From Alphaproteobacteria bacterium (lineage in GTDB: Bacteria > Pseudomonadota > Alphaproteobacteria > Bin95), in the NCBI GenBank assembly GCA_963665325.3, contig OZ224045.1, positions 224,001-288,000 on the forward strand: a DNA stretch of 64,000 nucleotides, given 5' to 3'. Shown here piece after piece: positions 1 through 8,682 of this stretch (the first letter of the stretch is position 1; the number at the start of each line of letters is the position of its first letter). The notes under the pieces are model-generated. The model searched no databases. It worked only from the letters and a program-made list of their open reading frames with translations, and was not told where the DNA came from. Position numbers and translations under genes: made by a program.

Positions 1-594
1 TTCGGCCGCGTCCCGTCCTCCGTGCTTGGCATGGACGCGCGGCGTGCCGATGGGGCCCGGGGAGAGACTGTTCACGCGGATCCCCTGCCCCGCATGGTCG
101 ATCGCCATGACCTTCGCCAGCTGGATCAGCGCTCCCTTGGCGGCGTTGTACCAGCAGTGGCCCGGCTTACCGACCTGGCCCAGTTGCGAGGCCACATGGA
201 CGATGCTGCCGCCGCCGCTCGCCGCGATCAGCGGGACGGCATATTTGCTCATCAGGAACGGCCCGGTGAGGTTGACGGCGAGCGAACGCGTCCAGTCCTC
301 TTCCGCGACATCGACTACGGTGCCGTAAGGCACGAAGACGGCGGCGTTGTTGACGAGAATATGCAAGCGGCCGAACCGCTCTCTCGCCAGTGCTGTCGCG
401 GCTTCCGCGTCCGCTGGCCGGGATACGTCGCAACGAAGCGCGACTGCCTCCTCCGGCGCGCGCTCGGTTATATCCTCGGCACTGTCCGCCGCAATGACCT
501 CCGCTCCCTCGCGCAAGAAGGCGGACGCGATGGCGTGGCCGATGCCGCCCGCGGCGCCCGTGACGATGGCGGCCTTGCCCGCGAGCCGGGCCAC
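1..594 (-). CDS. SDR family oxidoreductase (3' end runs off the window)
   Basis: Not in the ORF track; translated by hand from GTG at 594: MARLAGKAAIVTGAAGGIG..., NNAA, YNAAK, IRVNSLSPG. The start overlaps the upstream TAG. Confidence 0.9.
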   Translation of the reverse strand, partial: MARLAGKAAIVTGAAGGIGHAIASAFLREGAEVIAADSAEDITERAPEEAVALRCDVSRPADAEAATALARERFGRLHILVNNAAVFVPYGTVVDVAEEDWTRSLAVNLTGPFLMSKYAVPLIAASGGGSIVHVASQLGQVGKPGHCWYNAAKGALIQLAKVMAIDHAGQGIRVNSLSPGPIGTPRVHAKHGGRDAAE

Positions 595-1433
595 TATTCC
601 CAGCGCCCTTCCGCGTGCCACTCCACCTGCTCGGCATAGCTGGCGCTGTAGGCCGCGCGGTGGCGGTGGTAGCTGTCCCAGTCGAGGCCGTCGTCAGGGC
701 GCGGTTCGAGGTCGAAATGGCCGTAACGGTCCTCGCCCCGCACCAGCGTCGCCGGCACTCTGATGCTGCCGATATGGCGGACGTTTGCCGGGATGTAGGA
801 AATGCCGATCCCGATGCGCCGGTCGTCGGCCCGGTTGGGACCCGAGGCGTGGACCGCAAGCGTGTGGTGGATCGAGAACTGGCCGGGCCGGAGCGGCACC
901 GGCACGGCGTCCTCGGTCGGGAAGTCCGCGGCCGTTCGCTGGCCGGCGCTATTGATGCTGTTGGGCGCCGCATTGGCGATGTGCTGCATCAGCCCGTTGC
1001 GGCTGGTGCCGGGCACGAATCGCATGCAGCCCGCCTCCTCCGACGCCTCACTCAGCGCCAGCCATGCGGTGACATGGAGGTGCGGGCGCAGGCCGAAATA
1101 GGTGGCGTCCTGGTGCCAGATGGTCTGGGCGTCGGTCTTCGCGTCCTTGACGAACCAGGTGCTCGTCCAGCACAGGATATCGGGGCCGAGCAGCGCCTCC
1201 ACCGCGTCGAGTATGCGCGGATGGCGCACAAGATCGGCCGCAAAGGGCAACAGAAGATGCGTCTTGAAGCGGGTGTCGGGGTCCCCCTCCGTAACGCGCC
1301 GGCCGAGCTCGCCTTCATAAGCCTCAAATTTCCGGCGATATTCGCCGGCCTCGTCCGCGCTCATCGCATGGAAGGGACCGCCGAAACCATTCCGCTCGAA
1401 GGCCTCGGCATCGATACTTTGCGCTGCATTCAT
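594..1433 (-). CDS. Phytanoyl-CoA dioxygenase (PhyH) family Fe(II)/2-oxoglutarate dioxygenase
   Basis: WHQD (HxD), VTAWLAL, GCMRFVPG, HASGPN...RRIG. Start moved to ATG 1433, behind a GGGAGG RBS. Confidence 0.88.
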   Translation of the reverse strand: MNAAQSIDAEAFERNGFGGPFHAMSADEAGEYRRKFEAYEGELGRRVTEGDPDTRFKTHLLLPFAADLVRHPRILDAVEALLGPDILCWTSTWFVKDAKTDAQTIWHQDATYFGLRPHLHVTAWLALSEASEEAGCMRFVPGTSRNGLMQHIANAAPNSINSAGQRTAADFPTEDAVPVPLRPGQFSIHHTLAVHASGPNRADDRRIGIGISYIPANVRHIGSIRVPATLVRGEDRYGHFDLEPRPDDGLDWDSYHRHRAAYSASYAEQVEWHAEGRWE

Positions 1434-1462
1434 CTTCTTCCTCCCTGCCGTCCCGCTCCGAC

Positions 1463-2878
1463 TTACAGCACGCGAATCATGTCCTTCATACCGCTCGCCT
1501 GATGCCCGAGGACATGGCAATGAAACAGCCAGTCGCCGGGATTGTCAGCAACGAAAGCGATTTCCACCCGCTCGCGCGGGTCCAGCAGGACCGTATCCCG
1601 CCATTCCCGATGCGCTGTCGGCCTGCCGTTGCGCGAAAGCACCCGGAAGGCATGGCCGTGCAGATGCATCGGGTGGTGCCAAGCAGTGGCATTGGTCATG
1701 GCGATGACGCAACTCTGGCCGCGCCGAAGCGTCGCGATCGGTTCCAGAGCTCCCGGGGAAGCGGCTTCGCCATTGACGAACCAGAACGAGCCCGGTCCGA
1801 CCGGACCCATGCTACCGCCCATCTCGGCCATTATCGCCCCGCCCATTGCGCCGCCGGTGAACATCATCTCGTGGCGAAACGCGCCCTCCAGATCGGGCTC
1901 CGGCAGGGGATTCCGCGGCAGGCCGACCGGCCATGCGGGCGGCTCGCCGCGCAGCGGTTCGGACGCATAGGCGAGGTCGAGCAGGCGGTATTCCCGGTTG
2001 CGATAGAAGGCATCCACCACGGGCGTCTTCGTCCCCGGCTCCCCGGTCATGTCGAGCACGATGTCGGCACGCATGCCGGGGCCGAGCACGACCCGGCCGC
2101 GTTCCGGCGTGTGCGGCGCAACCGGATGGCCATCGAGCGCAACGACCTGCGGCCGATGATCCTGGAACTCGAGCCCGAAAACCCGCGCATTCGCGGTGTT
2201 GACGAGGCGCAGGCGGATGCGCTCGCCCCGGCGCACGGCGAACTCTCCCGGACTCGAACCGTTGACGGTGGCCCAATTGCCGAGACGCCCGCCATGGCTC
2301 ATGTCGTGAGCGTTGTCGAACCTGCCGGCCAGCGCGGCGTCCTCGGTCATCCGCCAGTCGTCCAGCACCCAGGTGACATCGCGGTCCACCCGAAGCGCGG
2401 GCTCGCGTTCCTCGACGACCAGCACGCCATAGAGGCCGCGTGCGACCTGTTCGAGGCTGTTCGCATGCGGGTGGTACCAGAAGGTCCCGGCGTCAACGGC
2501 GTCGAACTCATAGGCGAAGGTCTCGCCGGGGCAAACTGGCGGCTGCGTCACCAGCGGCACGCCGTCCATAGCGTTGGGCAGCCTGAGCCCGTGCCAGTGG
2601 ATCGTGGTGTCCTCGTCGAGCCCGTTGTCGAGCACGACCCGCAGCCGGTCGCCCTGGCGCACCCGGATTTCGGGCCCGGGAACGCTGCCCCCGTAACACC
2701 AGACTGCCGTTTCGCCATAGGGGTCCGGCACGAGGCGGACGGACGCAGGCGCGGCCCGCACCCGCATTTCGGTTCCTCCCGCCGCCCGGACCCGGCCGAA
2801 CGGCGCAAGCGTGAGGGCCGCTCCTGCCGATGCGAGAAACGCACGGCGCGTCGTCGCTGGCATGGACAATCCGGTCAT
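1463..2878 (-). CDS. Multicopper oxidase with Tat signal
   Basis: TRRAFL Tat motif; copper ligands HWHG, WYHPH, HPMHLHGH, HCHVLGH..M. Confidence 0.93.
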   Translation of the reverse strand: MTGLSMPATTRRAFLASAGAALTLAPFGRVRAAGGTEMRVRAAPASVRLVPDPYGETAVWCYGGSVPGPEIRVRQGDRLRVVLDNGLDEDTTIHWHGLRLPNAMDGVPLVTQPPVCPGETFAYEFDAVDAGTFWYHPHANSLEQVARGLYGVLVVEEREPALRVDRDVTWVLDDWRMTEDAALAGRFDNAHDMSHGGRLGNWATVNGSSPGEFAVRRGERIRLRLVNTANARVFGLEFQDHRPQVVALDGHPVAPHTPERGRVVLGPGMRADIVLDMTGEPGTKTPVVDAFYRNREYRLLDLAYASEPLRGEPPAWPVGLPRNPLPEPDLEGAFRHEMMFTGGAMGGAIMAEMGGSMGPVGPGSFWFVNGEAASPGALEPIATLRRGQSCVIAMTNATAWHHPMHLHGHAFRVLSRNGRPTAHREWRDTVLLDPRERVEIAFVADNPGDWLFHCHVLGHQASGMKDMIRVL

Positions 2879-2897
2879 GAGAACCCGCTCGGATTTC

Positions 2898-2974
2898 TGG
2901 CGCGCCCGGCACGACTCGAACGTGCGACCTTCTGCTCCGGAGGCAGACGCTCTATCCGACTGAGCTACGGGCGC
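2898..2974 (-). tRNA. tRNA-Arg (CCG)
   Basis: GCGCCCGTAGCTCAGTCGGATAGAGC...CTCCGGA...GTTCGAGTC...GGGCGCGCCA: 77-nt cloverleaf, anticodon CCG, encoded CCA. Confidence 0.97.
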
Positions 2975-3047
2975 TTGCGCCGCAAGACCATAGATGCACG
3001 CCGTTCGCTGTCAACCGGAACACAGGCCTGTTTCAGGGCAAGCCTGT

Positions 3048-4235
3048 TCAGCCGAGATAGGCCCCATCGCGGGCGACCAGCCGGCCGCCCTTGAAAACCA
3101 GCCCGCGCGGTGGGTGCTGGGCAACCGCTTCGGCGAGTGTCTCAGCGTGGACGGTGAACAGGTCCGCCGGCGCGCCCGCGGCGATGCCCCGGTCGTCCTG
3201 GCGGAAGACCCGGCGCGGGGCGGCCGTCGCGCAGTCGAAGGCTATGGCCAGGTCGCCGTCGGCGCGGAAGCCCGAGCGCCATGACAGCAGCATGGCGCGG
3301 ATCAACAGGTCCCCGTTGCCGTAAGGGCCCCAAGTATCGCGCACATCGTCATTGCCGACGAACAGCTCGACACCGCGCTCGCGGAGCTTCTTCACCGGCG
3401 GCAGCGGCGACGCCCCGCCTCCGTGGCTGGCAAGCGACATGCCGGCCTCCGCCATGGCGGAGGCCAGGCGCTCGAAAACATCCTCCGGGCACGCGCCGAG
3501 GCAGAAGCCGTGGCTGACGGTAACGCGCCCCTCCATGCCAGCGGCGCGGGTGCGTTCGGCAAGGGCGGCGATTTCCAGCAGGCCCGCTTCGCCGGGGTCG
3601 TGGATGTGGATGTCGATGCCGACATCGTGCTTGCCCGCCAGTCCGAACAGCAGGTCGAGCTGGCCGTCCAGGTCGCCGTCCCGGTCGATGGGGTCGATGC
3701 CGCCCACCAGGTCCGCGCCCATCGCCAGCGCCTCGTCCATCAGTTCGTTAGTTCCGGGAGCGGCAAGCACGCCATATTGTGGAAAGGCGACGATCTGGAC
3801 ATCGGCGGCGTGTGCGAATGCGGCCTTGACCTCCAGCAATGCCTCGACATGCCGGACACCGATATCGGGGCCGATATCGGCATGGCTGCGGAAGGCGGTT
3901 GCGCCAAGCGCGACTGCTTGGCGGACGAGGTTGGACGCGCGCTCAGCTGGCGGCGGCAGCGTCGCGCGCAAGCCTTGCTCGGTGGCGATGCGGCTCTCCC
4001 GGTCCGGCCCGGCCGGATGCGGCATCCACGGCAGGCCGGTCAACGTTTTGTCGAGATGCACATGCCCGTCGATCATGCCCGGCAGGACGAGCAGCCCGCC
4101 GCCATCGAAGCGTTGCGCGGCCGCCGCGTCGAGGCCGGGCCCGACCTCTTCGATGATGCCGCCGGCCATGCGGATATCGGCCGCACTTCCGTCGGAGAGG
4201 CGCACATTCGCAAGTAGTACCGTCCCGTTGTTCAT
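3048..4235 (-). CDS. Amidohydrolase, cytosine deaminase-like
   Basis: PGMIDGHVHLDK, QIVAFPQ, DIHIHD, VSHGFCLG, GNDDVRD.W.PYG. Confidence 0.88.
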   Translation of the reverse strand: MNNGTVLLANVRLSDGSAADIRMAGGIIEEVGPGLDAAAAQRFDGGGLLVLPGMIDGHVHLDKTLTGLPWMPHPAGPDRESRIATEQGLRATLPPPAERASNLVRQAVALGATAFRSHADIGPDIGVRHVEALLEVKAAFAHAADVQIVAFPQYGVLAAPGTNELMDEALAMGADLVGGIDPIDRDGDLDGQLDLLFGLAGKHDVGIDIHIHDPGEAGLLEIAALAERTRAAGMEGRVTVSHGFCLGACPEDVFERLASAMAEAGMSLASHGGGASPLPPVKKLRERGVELFVGNDDVRDTWGPYGNGDLLIRAMLLSWRSGFRADGDLAIAFDCATAAPRRVFRQDDRGIAAGAPADLFTVHAETLAEAVAQHPPRGLVFKGGRLVARDGAYLG

Positions 4236-4337
4236 GGCTGCACTCCGCTCGTTTCAGCCGCTTCGATACACCGCTTTGCCGGACACTTGCCAGAGGGCCT
4301 GCTATCGTTCCGGATGTCACGGGCGAGAGGATCGGCA

Positions 4338-5174
4338 ATGGCTGCGGCATTCGACATTTCGGACCATTACTCACAGGGAGACCTGCTCGCACGGCTTGAG
4401 GCGAACTTACGCGAAGACGGAGTCGACCCGGCGCAGGCGACTATCGAGGAGCTCGCTCCCTACGACCAATTCCACGGCCGCGGCCTGGAGGCGACCGAGG
4501 ACATAGCGAACCTTCTCCCGGTCTCCGCGACGGACCGTATCCTGGATATCGGCAGCGGCCTCGGCGGCCCGGCGCGCTACATGGCGCGGCGTTTCGGCTG
4601 CCGGGTCAGCGGTATCGACCTGACAGCCGAGTTCTGCGATATCGCGCGCCTCCTGACGGCGCGCCTCGGGCTGGAGGACCGCGTGTCCTTCGAGCAGGGA
4701 GATGCACTGGCCATGCCGTTCGGAGATGCGGCATTCGACGGCGCTTACTCGATGAATGTCTCCATGAACATCGCCGACAAACGCGCGCTCTACCGGGAGA
4801 TCCACCGCTTGCTCAAACCCGGTGCCTGGCTATGCCTGTCCGAGGTCGCGCAGGGGCCGGGCGGCGAGCCCGATTACCCGCAGGCCTGGGCGCCGACCGC
4901 CGCGTCGAGCTTCCTTGCAACGCCGGAGAATACCTGCGCCGACCTAGAGGCCTCCGGTTTCAGGGTCGAAAGCCTGCGCGTGACGATTGAGGCGGCGCGC
5001 GACTTCGCCGCCCGCTCGCGCGTCATCGTCCAGGCCGGCGGAAAGCCGCCCCATCGCGCCGTCATCCTGGCCCTCGGCGAACGCGCCCCGGAAGCAATGG
5101 CGAACTCGGGCCGGGCAGCGAAGGAAGGCCGCACGGTGCCGCTCGAACTCCTCTGCCGGAAGGCGCAGGCCTGA
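4338..5174 (+). CDS. Class I SAM-dependent methyltransferase
   Basis: ILDIGSGLGG motif I, GIDLT, QGDALAMPF, LKPG. Start set at ATG 4338. Confidence 0.88.
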   Translation: MAAAFDISDHYSQGDLLARLEANLREDGVDPAQATIEELAPYDQFHGRGLEATEDIANLLPVSATDRILDIGSGLGGPARYMARRFGCRVSGIDLTAEFCDIARLLTARLGLEDRVSFEQGDALAMPFGDAAFDGAYSMNVSMNIADKRALYREIHRLLKPGAWLCLSEVAQGPGGEPDYPQAWAPTAASSFLATPENTCADLEASGFRVESLRVTIEAARDFAARSRVIVQAGGKPPHRAVILALGERAPEAMANSGRAAKEGRTVPLELLCRKAQA

Positions 5175-5343
5175 CCAGCACCGCACCTCCGCCCGCATTC
5201 GGGCGTTCGACGCAGTTCTGGAACGGGACTTGCTTGTGTGCCATGCTTGGTGCCGCTTGGGAGGTGGGGCCATCGCGCCCGGTCTGCGGACGAAGGTGCA
5301 TGGCACCCCTTCGGGCCGCAACGCGTCAACCCGAGGATCAGAC

Positions 5344-6342
5344 ATGAAGAAAATCATGACATTGGCGGCAGTGCTGCTCGTTGCAGCGCTCCAGCCGGCA
5401 TTCGCGCAGGAAGTCAAGATCAAGTTCGCGTCGGCCAACCCCGACGACAGCTACCACGGCGTGTTCGGCCACGCGTTCAAAAAGCATGCCGAGGAGCTAT
5501 CCGGAGGGCGCATCCAAGTCGATGTCTTCCTCGGGGGCCAGCTCGGCTCGGAACAGGACAATGTGAACCAGGTGTCGAGCGGCATCCTCAACATGACAAG
5601 CGCCGCGGTGAACAATGTCACGCCCTTCGCGCCCATCGTCGGGTTCTGCAGCCTGCCTTACATGTGGAACAACTTCGAAGAGGCGTGGGCGGTTCTCGAC
5701 AGCCCGCTGCGGGACCGGCTCAACGACACGATGGCGGAGCAGGCGAACATGCGGGCCATTGCCTGGCTTACCGGCGGGTTCCGGGTGCTCACCAACTCGA
5801 AGAAGCCGGTCCGCACTCCCGCCGACCTCCAGGGGCTTCGCATCCGCGTGCCGAAGAACGAAATCATGATCGCAGCCTACAAGGCATGGGGCATCGACCC
5901 GGTGCCGATGGCGTGGACCGAGGTGTTCAACGCGCTCCAGCAGAAGGTGGTAGACGGCCAGGATAACCCCTACGCCGCCATTCCCGCGGTCCGTTTCGAC
6001 GAGGTGCAGAACTACATCACGAACATTCACTACCTCCTCTGGATCGGCCCGGTGGTGGTGAACGATGCGTGGTACGCCGGACTGGCCCCGGACATTCGGG
6101 AAATCGTCAACGAGGCGGCGAAGCTCGCCCAGGACGAGGAACGGCAGTGGGCGATCGCACGCGAAGGCACGGCTGCGCTCCAGTCCGTCGAAGCGGGTCT
6201 TGAAATCATGGTGCCCGCCGACGACGAGCGGGAGTGGATCGAGAAGGCCAAATCCGTCTGGCCGATGTTCTACGACAAGATCGGCGGCAAGGCGTTCGTG
6301 GACGAAGTGGTGGGCTTCCTCGAAGACTTCCGGACGAACTGA
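5344..6342 (+). CDS. dctP: TRAP transporter substrate-binding protein
   Basis: Signal peptide MKKIMTLAAVLL..AFA; GQLGSE, DLQGLRIRVP, ALQQKVVDGQDNP. Confidence 0.92.
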   Translation: MKKIMTLAAVLLVAALQPAFAQEVKIKFASANPDDSYHGVFGHAFKKHAEELSGGRIQVDVFLGGQLGSEQDNVNQVSSGILNMTSAAVNNVTPFAPIVGFCSLPYMWNNFEEAWAVLDSPLRDRLNDTMAEQANMRAIAWLTGGFRVLTNSKKPVRTPADLQGLRIRVPKNEIMIAAYKAWGIDPVPMAWTEVFNALQQKVVDGQDNPYAAIPAVRFDEVQNYITNIHYLLWIGPVVVNDAWYAGLAPDIREIVNEAAKLAQDEERQWAIAREGTAALQSVEAGLEIMVPADDEREWIEKAKSVWPMFYDKIGGKAFVDEVVGFLEDFRTN

Positions 6343-6378
6343 CACTTCGCCGTTCGCCGAATGCAGAGGCAGAGGCGA

Positions 6379-6407
6379 CGGGCCGGGTTCCATGCGAACC
6401 CGGCCCG
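6379..6407. terminator. Perfect 12-bp hairpin between convergent dctP and dctM; probable bidirectional terminator
   Basis: CGGGCCGGGTTC-catgc-GAACCCGGCCCG. The U-tract is weak. Confidence 0.6.
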
Positions 6408-6429
6408 ATCTTCGTTTGTCGATTGTCCG

Positions 6430-7713
6430 TTACAGCCCGTAACCGAGGAAATGCGGCAGCCAGAGGCTTATCTTCGGGAAATAGGCAAGCACCAGGATGC
6501 AGACCACGATTGCCGCTATGTGCGGCAGGACGTGAAGGCTCAGGCGTTCCAACGAAACCTTTGCGAGCTGGCTCGCGACGAACAGGTTCGCCCCGAGCGG
6601 CGGCGTGAGGAACGCCACTTCGTTGGTGACCACGAACAGAATCCCGAAATGGATCGGGTCGATGCCGAGTTGAACGACGACCGGCAGCAGGACCGGCGTG
6701 ACGATGATGATCGTGGACAGGGTCTCCATGAACATCCCGAGAATGAAGAACGCGAGGATGATTATGAGGAGGACTGTGAACGGATCGGTCGAGACGGTCG
6801 CCAGCAGCTCAGCGAGCCTGTGGGGCGCCTGGTTCACGGTCAGGATTTGTCCGAATACCGTGGAGGTGGCGACAATGATCATGGCGGTGGAAATGCGCGC
6901 CGCCTCGATCAGCGAGTCGAAAATCGCCTTGAAATCGAGCATCCGGTTGATGACGCCGCCGACGAACAGTCCGTAGAAGACCGCGATCACCGACGCCTCC
7001 ACCGGCGTGAACACGCCTGCATAGATGCCGCCGAGAATGAGGAATGGCGCGGCGAGGGAAAACTTGCCTTGCCAGCAGGCGCACGCGAACTCCCTGAAAT
7101 TGAAGCGTTCTCCGGTCGCCTCGTAGCCCACATGACGAGCGACGAGATAGGCGACGAGGCAATGGGCAACGCCGATGATCATCCCGGGCACGATGCCGGC
7201 CATGAAGAGGCCCACGATGGAAGTCTGGGCGATCACGCCGTAAATGATCATCGGGTTGCTCGGCGGGATGAGGATCCCGAGGGTGCCGCCCGAGGACGAC
7301 ACCGCCCCTGCATAGTCCCTTCCGTGGCCGGCCCGGAGCATGGCCGGAATCATCACCGACCCCACCGCCGCCACCGTTCCAGGTCCCGAGCCGCTGATGG
7401 CCGAGAAAAACATGCACGCGAGAATCGTCGCGATTCCGAGCCCGCCGCGCACGCGCCCGGTGAACTGCGAGATCACCGCGATGATCTGCCGTGTGACCTC
7501 GCCCCGCTCCATCAGGGAGCCGGCAAGGATGAAACAGGGGATCGCGAGCAGCGGAAACTTGTCCACGCCCTGGTAGAGGGTCTGCCCCAGGATGAGCATG
7601 GGAACATCGGAAACGGTGAGGGCGACGACGGTCGCGATTCCCAGCGCCATGAATATCGGCACCCCGATGACCAGACAGACCGCGAGCGTGCCGAGGAGAA
7701 GGGTGAGAATCAC
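6430..7713 (-). CDS. dctM: TRAP transporter large permease
   Basis: LLAIPCFILAG, AISGSG, GILIPPSNPMIIY, GIDPIHFG, LTPPLG. Confidence 0.93.
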   Translation of the reverse strand: MILTLLLGTLAVCLVIGVPIFMALGIATVVALTVSDVPMLILGQTLYQGVDKFPLLAIPCFILAGSLMERGEVTRQIIAVISQFTGRVRGGLGIATILACMFFSAISGSGPGTVAAVGSVMIPAMLRAGHGRDYAGAVSSSGGTLGILIPPSNPMIIYGVIAQTSIVGLFMAGIVPGMIIGVAHCLVAYLVARHVGYEATGERFNFREFACACWQGKFSLAAPFLILGGIYAGVFTPVEASVIAVFYGLFVGGVINRMLDFKAIFDSLIEAARISTAMIIVATSTVFGQILTVNQAPHRLAELLATVSTDPFTVLLIIILAFFILGMFMETLSTIIIVTPVLLPVVVQLGIDPIHFGILFVVTNEVAFLTPPLGANLFVASQLAKVSLERLSLHVLPHIAAIVVCILVLAYFPKISLWLPHFLGYGL

Positions 7714-8267
7714 GGTTCGCCCCTCTTCGTCCCCGGCTCGTCCCCGGCGGCCTCAGCCCCGAGGGCCGCTTCATCGACCCATTGCGCAAAGGTGCCTCTG
7801 CGCCAGTCACGCCAGTGGCCTTCCAGGATGCGAAAGCTCATGAGCAGGAACCCGAGCGGCACGACCGCATAGATGAGCGCCATGTTCCACTGGAGAGCCG
7901 GCGAGATGTAGCTGAACCGCATCAGGTGCGCGACCTGCTGCGCGCCCTGCCAGGCGAAGACGAGGTTGATCGTGACCCACAGCAAATCGGCCGCTGGAAT
8001 CATCCAGCCGCGGGCGGCAACGGGTAAGAGGCGGTGAAAGGCGGTCACCCTGATGTGAATCCGCTCCTTCGCGCCGAGAACCGCACCCATATAGACGAGC
8101 CAGATGAACGCGAAGCGGCTGAGTTCTTCCGACCAGGTGAGCGATGCATTGAGAACGAAGCGAAAGAACACCTGCGCCCCCAGGCAGAACACCACGAGGA
8201 CCATCAGGAAGGCGCAGAAGTACTGCTCGAAGTCCCGGTAAACCTGGCCAAGGGCGGAACGCAGCAT
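7710..8267 (-). CDS. dctQ: TRAP transporter small permease
   Basis: QVFFRF, WSEELSR, HIRV; four TM segments; overlaps the dctM start. Confidence 0.9.
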   Translation of the reverse strand: MLRSALGQVYRDFEQYFCAFLMVLVVFCLGAQVFFRFVLNASLTWSEELSRFAFIWLVYMGAVLGAKERIHIRVTAFHRLLPVAARGWMIPAADLLWVTINLVFAWQGAQQVAHLMRFSYISPALQWNMALIYAVVPLGFLLMSFRILEGHWRDWRRGTFAQWVDEAALGAEAAGDEPGTKRGEP

Positions 8268-8502
8268 GATTGCCGGTCTTCCTTGAAGACGCTTCCTGAT
8301 GCCCGTTCATCTTGGGCATTTTTCGAGCCGTTGCACAGGCATGATTGCGATGTGGGGGATCGCTGCCGTTCATCTTCCTGTTCGCTTGCGAAGGAAGGTC
8401 CGCCCGATACGGGCTGGGAGGCCCTGCCCTGCTCCCATATTGCGCGTGGCAAGGGCTTCGCTATCATTCCGGCACCGTCCGCATGGCCGAGGGGAGGCGT
8501 CG

Positions 8503-8682
8503 ATGGAACCGCCCGAGACGATTGAGGTCGAGGAGGCCGCGCTTGCCTGCGACGGCGGCGGCGGTGCGCTCGGCCATCCGCGCGTCTACCTTCATCTGGA
8601 CAGCGAAGGCCGGGTCGATTGCCCCTATTGCGGCCGGCGTTTTGTGCTGAAGGACGGAGCCGAACTCCGCACCGCGCATTGA
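8503..8682 (+). CDS. zf-CHCC zinc-finger protein
   Basis: [20 protein letters not shown]; GGGGAGG RBS; overlaps the polA start. Confidence 0.85.
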   Translation: MEPPETIEVEEAALACDGGGGALGHPRVYLHLDSEGRVDCPYCGRRFVLKDGAELRTAH

